The notes under the pieces are model-generated. The model was not told where the DNA came from, did not search any database, and was given only the letters and a program-made list of their open reading frames with translations. From Rebecca billardiae RCC1528 (lineage: Eukaryota > Protista > Haptophyta), in contig OZ251231.1 of assembly GCA_965240325.2 (NCBI GenBank), forward strand, positions 434,001 to 498,000: a stretch of DNA of 64,000 nt. Reading direction: 5' to 3'. Of the stretch, positions 56,242 through 64,000 are shown piece by piece; the first letter of the stretch is position 1, and each line of letters begins with the position of its first letter. The position numbers and the translations under genes were made by a program.

Positions 56242-59200
56242 TCACCACGTGGCTCGCTTGTTGTCGTATCTGTTGTGATGGCGCTGCTGGTGGCTGGCCA
56301 CGACCTCATGCACCTTCTGCATACCCGCGCGATCCTTGTCCAGGCTCAGGTCGAGCCCGGACGCGTCAAAGTCGTCGCGGGCGTGGCTGCCCGGCGGGTC
56401 ACCCGTCAGCCCGATCATCAGGCCCCGGAAGCCGAAGCTGCGCAGCAAGCGGGTTGCCTCCGCCCCCGTCACACGCGGCATCTGGCGTTGCGCGCACGCG
56501 GCGACGACGGCGCGGCCGTGTGAGTCGGCGCGTGGGGGCGACGGCCCGGCGCGGCTCGGAGGCGAGCGAGCGGGGGCCGCGCGACGGCCCCGCCTGCCGC
56601 ACCATCGCGCGCGCGCGGGCGCACGCACCTGGTTGTCCATCAGAATGATCTGGTAGTACTCGGTGCCCCGGGCCTCGATCAGATCCATGGCCTCCTGGCC
56701 GTCCTCGGCCACGTCAAAGGAGATACCGAGCCGGCGGAAGAGCTTGAGCTCCAACGTGCGCCGCAGCAGCTTGTCGTCCTGTGCACGGCGCGCGCGGCCG
56801 ACGGCCGTTCGGATCGGGCGGAGGGCGCAGGGTTGGGATGTGAGGGAGCGCTCGGCGCGCATGGAGGTGCGCGGCGCAGGCGCAGCGCAGGCGCAGCTGA
56901 GCGCGCGCTCGGCGCTTTGACCGCAAGCGCGCACACACCTCGACATGAAGCACGCGCAGCTCAGCCACAGCTGGCTCGTGTGCCGAGGGGGCGTCGGCCG
57001 CCGGTGTTGTCGTCGGCGGCGCAGGCTCGTGCGCCGCTGGGGCGTCGGCCGCCGGCGCTGCCGCCGGCGGCGCCGAGGGGTCTGCCGCAGCGCCGCCGCC
57101 TGCGTCTGCCAACCACTCGAGCTCAGGCAAACGAGTGGGTGGCGTGTGAGGTGGCGGGCTCGCAGTGCCGGCCTCGGCTGCGACAGCGGCTCCGGGCGGC
57201 AGCTGCAGCTCAGTGTCCGCCATCACGCGAGCGTGCGCCGCGAGCGTGGTCTCCTCAGTGACACACAAAGGCGGCAGCTGGCTGGTGGCGGCCGGGGGAA
57301 GCGCAGCGCGCCTCGACTGGCGCAGCGGCTCTGGCTGCTCCTGCTCATCAACGCCTGCCCGTTTCAGAGCGCCGTGCTGGGCGTCGGGTCCGATCGACGC
57401 GGCCCACGGCACCGCGGACATCGAGTCCGCCATCGACCGCGGGCGGGCACGCGCACTCGTGTGCGGGGTCGCGGCGAGCTCGAAGTCCGAGCTGTCCATC
57501 GTGCGGTGGCGGGGTCGGCCGAGCGCTGGGCCGAGCTCATCCTCGTATGCGCCCGGCAGCGAGTGCAGCGCCGCAGCGGTGCCGTCGGGGAGTGGGCGGT
57601 GCCATGCAGGCGAGGGCCTTGTGTTCGTGGGCTCCGGCTCCGGCTGCAGCTCGGCCCAGGCGGAGGGCGTCCTCCACGCTCGGTCTTCCGTCTCGTCAAT
57701 CTGCGCCATCGGTGCCAGGGCCTCAGCGCGCCGGAGGCGCAGGTGCATGCCAAACGCGGTGCCGTGCCCATGGCCGGGGCTCTCGATCTCGAGCCAAGAT
57801 TGGTTGTGCATGCGCAGCAGCCGGCGCGTGATGCTCAGCCCGAGGCCGCTGCCGCCCAGGCCCGCCAGCTGGCCATTGCCCACCTCCCCGAAGAGCTCGT
57901 CGCGGTTCAGCGCAATGAGCTCGCTCTCGCTCAGCCCGACGCCCGTGTCCACCACGCTGACGATCAGCTCGTCCAGCTTGCCGGCGTCGGCGTGCTCTTG
58001 GCACGCGGCAGGCGAGCCTGTCTCGCGCGTGTGCCGGCTGGAGTTCTCGCGCCGGTTCGAGTGCGTGCCGCTCGCGAGGCTGTAGCTCACGTGCGCCGGG
58101 CTGCTGACGAGCGAGCACGAGCGACCGCTCGAGCTGTTGCTGCCCTCGCCCTGGCTGCTCTCGACAGCGTCGCTGCTCAGGACGGTCTCGTGGCCGGGGT
58201 GCTCCTGCGAAGGCCGAGAGCGTTCGCGGGCGTGTACGCGCACAGTGACGGTCACGGTGCCGCCGCGGCCGGTGAACTTGATCGCGTTGCTCACGCCGTT
58301 GTTGAGGCACTGCTGCAGCCTGATTGATGGGCGGATGAGCCAGGGAGGCCGCGTGAGGGCCGCGCGTGCCGCGGGGCGCGCGCGAGCGGCGGTGCGTGAG
58401 GGCGCGTGCGAGCGCGCGCAACGCCGCAGAGCGCGCGCGCGCCGGGGCGCGCGGGCACGGTCGCGCTGGCCACGCGCCACGTTGGTGCGCGCGCACGCCC
58501 GCGCGCCGCGCGCACCGACGCGCGTCGCCTATGTACTTGACCGCGCGCAGCTCAGGCGGCACGCGCTGCACGTCGATGCGCACGCCCTTGGCCTCCGCAG
58601 CCGCCGAGTAGGTGAGCGAGAGCGCGTCGAGCAGCTTCTCGAGCTCGAAGGGCGCCGGGACGAGCTCCAGCTTGCCCGACTCGATGTTCTCAAAGTCGAT
58701 CATGTCGTTCGTGATCGAGTCCATCAGCGAGGAGCACACGGTGAGCACTCGCGCGCACTCGCGCACCTCCTCGGACGCCACCGTCGTGTCAGCCGGCAGC
58801 TCGTTGAGCGTGTCGGCGGCGTTGTGCACGGCGAGGAGTGGCGAGCGAAGGTCGTGCATGGCGACGCGGATGACGCGCGAGCGCGCGTCCTTCGCCGCCT
58901 CGACCGTGCGCAGCGCGAGCTCCGCCCGCGCCTCGTCCTGCTCCGACATGATCAGCTCGCGCGCGCTGCGAGCGATCACGCGAACGTGGTGGAAGTTGGC
59001 ACGCTGCGATCGGCCCAGCGTGACGGCGATGCCGAGCATGAGGAGCATGCAGAAGAAGGTGAGGAAGATGCCCTCGTACTCAAATTCCGCCCAGTTCGGG
59101 TGCGTCACGATGTACACGATCACGCTCGCGAACGCCGACGCGACGAAGCACGTGTGCGTGAGGGGCCGCAGCGGCACGACGCCTTCGATCAGCAGCACCC

Positions 59201-59738
59201 AGAATCGGAGCCAGCCGTACGCCTCGCACGGAGCGAGCGGCTGCCCGTCGCGGCGGGGCTCCCACGCGAGGCTCAGCGCGAGTACCGCCGTCATGATTGT
59301 CACTCCGATCGCCACGACGCCATCCACCACAGCATACCGCAGCGCAAACGGAGCGCGAGCATCGCCGTGCCGCCGCTCGCAGAGCGCGATCGCGGCCAGG
59401 CAGACGAGCCCGACAACGGCACTCGCAAGATCGCGTGCGGTGCGGAACTGCCACAATGCATTGCCTTCGACTCGGTCCAACGCGAACATGCCCCAGCCGG
59501 AGATCAGCATCAGCACGCACACGGGCGTGGCGCGCGTTTTCAAGCGCGGCAGCGCGATGCGCAGCCGAAACTGCTCCTCGAGCCGAGCGTCGCCGAGCTC
59601 GGAGAGGGGCGTGAAGAGCGGGCGGTTGGCGTCGAGTATCTTGAGCGAGTCCTCCACTTCTTGCGGCGAGACGGGGCTGCTGTCCGTCGTGCTGATGGAC
59701 GCCGAGCGCACGCGGTGGAGGAACCTCATCGGGGGCAT
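56242..59738 (-). CDS. Membrane-bound hybrid histidine kinase (TM, HisKA, HATPase_c, receiver; 3 introns)
   Basis: MHDLRSPL H-box, NNGVSNAIKFT N-box, DTGVG, GSGLGLSI and GTAF. Receiver domain LHVE|DD...ILMDNQ|MP...GLTG. Confidence 0.9.
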
Positions 59739-60003
59739 CGCGCGCGGGGCAGGGCGTGACGAGGGCGGGTCCACCCGCTCATCAAACGATGATATTGAAC
59801 GACTTTTACCGGCTAGATACGCGGGCCATCGAAGGAATCGAGATTGGCCGGCGCTAATTCTCCGATTCACGACGCAGGTATAAAGTTAAACGCAGCGCCA
59901 GGCCTCCTGATTCGTCGGCTGATCGCCTGATTCTCGCAAGCATTCCCCTTGCGGGTATATTATTACCGCTTTTTAATCAGCCTACCTATTTTTTCATGCG
60001 CCC

Positions 60004-60112
60004 GCGGAAGGCGCGAACAAACCGGTCTGAGTGAGAAGGAATGGGGAAATGCCGGAGGCGGCGAAGACGCGAACAAACCGGTCTGAGTGATGAGAAGGAA
60101 TGGGAAAACGCG
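60004..60112 (+). repeat. Two-copy tandem repeat (~55 bp)
   Basis: CGCGAACAAACCGGTCTGAGTGA(TGA)GAAGGAATGG occurs twice; the second copy has an extra TGA. Confidence 0.8.
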
Positions 60113-60358
60113 GGAATATATTTATTCCTCCTTCATGCACCAAATGAATCCATCCGATCCTCGTGGTGGGTCGGAAATAACCCCCGAGGTACTTTGACGC
60201 GATTCATCCCAGATGCTAGTGGGTTTGATCGTTGCACTGATCGTTGCCAGAGCTTCGCGCGGTTTCGCCGTCTCGAGGCAGGGTAGGGTAGGATCAGGGT
60301 AGGGTTCCTCGAAATTCCCAGAATTCACCGATGACCGAGCCGCCTCTAACTACCGGTA

Positions 60359-60971
60359 TGGAGCGCTCGTTGGAACTTGACGCCGGTTTGGCGCCCGCGC
60401 GGCGAGGGCGACGACGGGCGTACACGGGCCCGCGGCGGCGGGAAGCGCGCGGGCGCGGCCGAGAACGGCACGGTCCGGACGCCTCTCGCCAGCCGCGGAC
60501 GCGCACCGCGCCTCCTCCTCGCACGCTGCTAACTTGATTGACGGGTTGAACGGTGGCTTTGCTGCCGACCACGGACCAGCTCAAGTTCCACGGCTGGTCA
60601 AGGTACGGCTTGCGACCTCACCGCTGGTGCTTGCAAGAAGGTACACGACTTGGTCGAACTCCCACGCACCCGCTCTGCGCTCGTCGACGCCCTCTGAAGG
60701 TGACTCGGGGTGCATGCCGGGCAGTGGAATGCAGTGGTTCGGCGTTGCCTCTCAGTCGTCCAGCGCGTAGGCCATGTAGCGCGGGTGTGGTGCGCGCATG
60801 GCCCGGTAATTCGGTCGCGGCATGTCTGTCTGGGCTGCCCAAGGCCTGCCGCACCGCAAAGCGAGCGCTCAGGAGCGTGTGCCGACCGTGCCAGCCCCGC
60901 CGAGATGGGGCACTTCGCTGGGAAATGCGGTGTCAAGTTCCACCCCCGCTCAAGTTCCAACGAGCGCTCCA
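60359..60971. mobile_element. 613-bp MITE with 22-bp TIRs flanked by TA
   Basis: TA|TGGAGCGCTCGTTGGAACTTGA ... TCAAGTTCCAACGAGCGCTCCA|TA. Internal TCAAGTTCCA repeats at 60581 and 60933. Confidence 0.75.
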
Positions 60972-63297
60972 TACGTTTCAACCATGAGAAGAACTGCTGT
61001 CGTTGGTTTTGCAAACCGCGTGCTGCGGTGCCGTGCTCGGTGAGACTGCGCCCTCGCACGTCAGGGGCGTTCCCCGCATCGGTCATACGCCAAATTGAAC
61101 CGTCTTCCTATTGGAACGGGCTTCGTCCATTTGAAGCGGGTACATTTAATACGGAAAAAGGCAAAGCCCTCTGCCAGGGGGGGCTTTGCTTTTCGGGAGC
61201 GTGTGGCAGGATCCCGGGAACGCCCTTGTACGGGCTAAAGGAGCCGGCGTAGTAGACATCGTCCTTAAGCGCCCCGGCTTGCGCGGCGGCGTTATTCAGT
61301 CACCGCTGGTAACTACGGGGAATACGGCAAGACTGCGATTGGACTTTCAGGAGCCCTGCGCGGTGCGGAAGTGGCGGCGGAATCACCGTATAGTTCATCG
61401 CGTGCCCGGTGACTCGGCGACTCAGCCTCAGGCGACCCAGGCGGGCGTCGAGGTGGAGCGGTGGCGGCAGAGTGCCGACTGGGTCGAGGTGGACCGCGGA
61501 GCGGGTGCTAGTCGTCACCAAGACGTAACGCTGGTGATACAGTGGGAAGCCGATATGCGCTAATAAACTTATCCCGAGGCACTGATGTGCGCCGGTCTCG
61601 GCCCGTCAGCAGACGGGCGAATGATCGCCGCCTTTGGGCTGGCTTTGGCTTTGAGTTTGACACATCAGGTCATGACCGCGGGCGCACGCTCGTTTACGTG
61701 CGCTCCCACGCAGCCAGGTACGTTCTCCCTCCACGGCATCTCGGGGTGTTGGCGGCGAGGCGCACGGAGCTCCGGTACGCGAAAACCGTGCGATGGCACC
61801 TGGCCTAGCTACGTGCCACTTCACTCTTGGCCGCTTGCCGAAGCGGCTGATGTCTCACCGCCAAACCTGACAGTGACACAAGTTTGACGGCAACGATGAC
61901 CTAAAGAATCACAGAATCTTAAATCACTGTCCGAACGGTCTTGTCACGTATTTTATTATTTATATATATTATTATATGTATTATGTATAAATTGATGTAT
62001 TTAATTACCTTGGCATCACGCGGTGCAGCTTATTTCAGATTCATGACCACTGAACCGCCGTTCAGAAAGTCGTATTCTCGACTCTAACCAGACAGTAGTA
62101 CTATACTACTTCGTCATCAGATCAGTTACCGCTGATGCTACTAGCGCGCATTGTCAACCGGCTGCCAGCTCAGAGCTCTGTCACTGTCAGCGTCGGCGGG
62201 TGGGGCCCGGACGCCAACTCCAACTATCTCAGGGCACTCAAATGATATTATAATGATATTAATTCCCCTTTATGGCTCTATGAGCTCACCGGGTGACCGG
62301 CAGCCGAAGCCTCCAGCCCAACCCTGGCCAGCCCCCAACGATCCACCACCCCCACCCGACCTCAAACCCCAGACCGGAGACTACACCGTCCTAGTACTGA
62401 CTAGATGTGTGGCGCTCCAAGAGAATGGGCAAACGTGGGAGCAGCCGGCGGGACGCCGAACGAGGGTCAGTGCGAGGGCTGTCGCAGGTGTGCCGCGCGG
62501 CAGCAGCGGACAGAAAGCTGCTGGGCCATCTACAGCAGTGGCGGCGGCTTTCCGCGACCGCTCACCCCGCACTCCCAGCATTTCATGGACGATTAGTAGC
62601 TGCCGCCGCGGGGTTGCGAGGCGGCAGTCGAAAGCCTGCCGATGCGACCATGCTTGACACGCCGAAACGCATGCGCGTGCTCGCCGAGCGCGAGCGCTGC
62701 GAGCGGCAAGCTCTACCTGCCCCGCGAGGGGCGGAACCGCAATTCGTGACTCGGCGGCACCGGACACCCCGACTGGCCGCCGCACGGCGGCGTCGGGCTG
62801 GGACCGCCTACGGTTTTGCCTCCGCGCCAAAGCAGGCAGGCAGATGCGCGCGCACGGCGGTCGCCGGGCCGCCTGCGAGCTGAAGGACACGTTGGCTCCA
62901 CTTTGGGCTTCACGCCGGCGGCCACCTCGCGGTCGCGCCTCCCGGACTCACCAGCAAGGCGGGCGGCCGCGGGGCGAGAGTCCGGTAGCACGCGCTCCGT
63001 TCCCGGGTGCGATGGCGTTCTAATTATATATATATATATATATGTCCCCTTGCTATGATCATGTCAGTCTAAATACAACCAGAAAGTCCGGTTTTACCCG
63101 CGCGCCGGTCGCGTGCGCTTTGCAACCACCTCGGCAACGCTCGCCTATCTTTGGCGGAGTCAGGCTGTACAGGCTGTGGCGGCACCTGGCGGGACCAGGG
63201 GGAGAAGGCCACTGGCAGCCCGCGTGCGGCCTTCGCCTGAGCGGTCGCGCGGTCGCGCGGTGCTGGTGGCGCCGGCGCGCAGCGCGAAGGAGGCCTC

Positions 63298-64000
63298 ATG
63301 CTCCGGAGACGATCCAGGGCCGCCGCCACCGCGGCGGGGCTCCTCGTGCTCGCCGCGTCCGCTGTGAGCGACTCGCGCAGCAAAGTCGAGCTCGCGACGA
63401 GTGCGGAGCTCTTGCAGTGCCTCGATGCCGGGTGCTCCGAGCTGGTGCTGGACGGGCGGGCGAGTGGCACGCTGCCGACCGAGCTGGGCACCATCCGTGG
63501 GCTCACCCGCCTCGAGCTGCTCGACGGCGCGCTGCATGGCAGCGTGCCGACCGAGCTCGGCCTCGCGACCGAGCTGCGCGTCCTGCGGCTCTCTGGCAAC
63601 GCGCTGAGCGGCACGGTCCCGGCGGCTCTGGGCGCGCTCGCGGCGCTAGAGAAGCTCGAGCTCGCGGCCAACCGCCTCGGCGGCAAAATCCCCACCTCGC
63701 TCGGTGCGCTCCCGCGGCTGACGTCGCTCGATCTGTCGTCGAACCGGCTGCGCGGTCGCGTGCCGCCGTCGCTCGTCGCGCGCGAGGACGGCGTGAGCGT
63801 GGCGCTCGAGTCGCTGCAGCTCGAGCACAACGTGCTCACCGGCACGCTCCCGACCGAGCTCGGCCTCGCCGCCCACCTCCGCGTCCTCGCGCTCGGCGAC
63901 AACTGGCTCTCCGGCACGCTTCCGCCGCAGCTTGGCGGCGCGCGCTCGCTGCGCCTGCTCAATGTCGCTCGCAACCGGCTGCGCGGCGCGGTGCCGGCCG
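63298..64000 (+). CDS. Plant-type LRR protein/receptor (partial, runs off the window)
   Basis: Signal peptide, then repeated LxxLxLxxNxLSGTVP / GTLPTELG units. Confidence 0.88.
   Translation, partial: MLRRRSRAAATAAGLLVLAASAVSDSRSKVELATSAELLQCLDAGCSELVLDGRASGTLPTELGTIRGLTRLELLDGALHGSVPTELGLATELRVLRLSGNALSGTVPAALGALAALEKLELAANRLGGKIPTSLGALPRLTSLDLSSNRLRGRVPPSLVAREDGVSVALESLQLEHNVLTGTLPTELGLAAHLRVLALGDNWLSGTLPPQLGGARSLRLLNVARNRLRGAVPA

Noticed and set aside
62400-63020. ORFs upstream of the LRR gene
   Set aside because: No motifs and weak codon signal; likely intergenic or TE debris.

Overview
Very GC-rich, intron-containing eukaryotic genomic DNA. A haptophyte-like alga is my inference from composition and gene set, not proven. 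About 18 protein-coding genes are supported: type II/gamma PI4-kinase with ubiquitin-like domains, a coiled-coil protein, a NOG1-like GTPase, sorbitol dehydrogenase, a SAM methyltransferase, an unusual signal-sequence/EF-hand/14-3-3 fusion, a possible BPI/TULIP-like protein, an R2R3-MYB, a five-kringle membrane protein, CEP97, a TMBIM/BI-1 protein, a TspO-like membrane protein, TAF1, an OS-9(MRH)-YccV/HspQ fusion, a Patched/NPC1-like protein, a hybrid histidine kinase and a partial LRR protein. The intergenic blocks hold a varied set of non-autonomous DNA transposons that can be delimited directly from the sequence. These are three CAAGGG...CCCTTG elements with 7-bp TSDs (1.1 kb, 1.1 kb and 38 bp; P-like), two ~0.88-kb elements with 9-bp TSDs whose TIRs conserve hairpin structure more than sequence, and two TA-flanked MITEs. 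There are also two copies of a TSD-less T|T-inserting element carrying a Ulp1-like protease relic, a dispersed one-ended 49-bp repeat, and many TA-xxx-TA insertions that look like excision footprints. Exon boundaries were inferred by eye and no database searches were possible.
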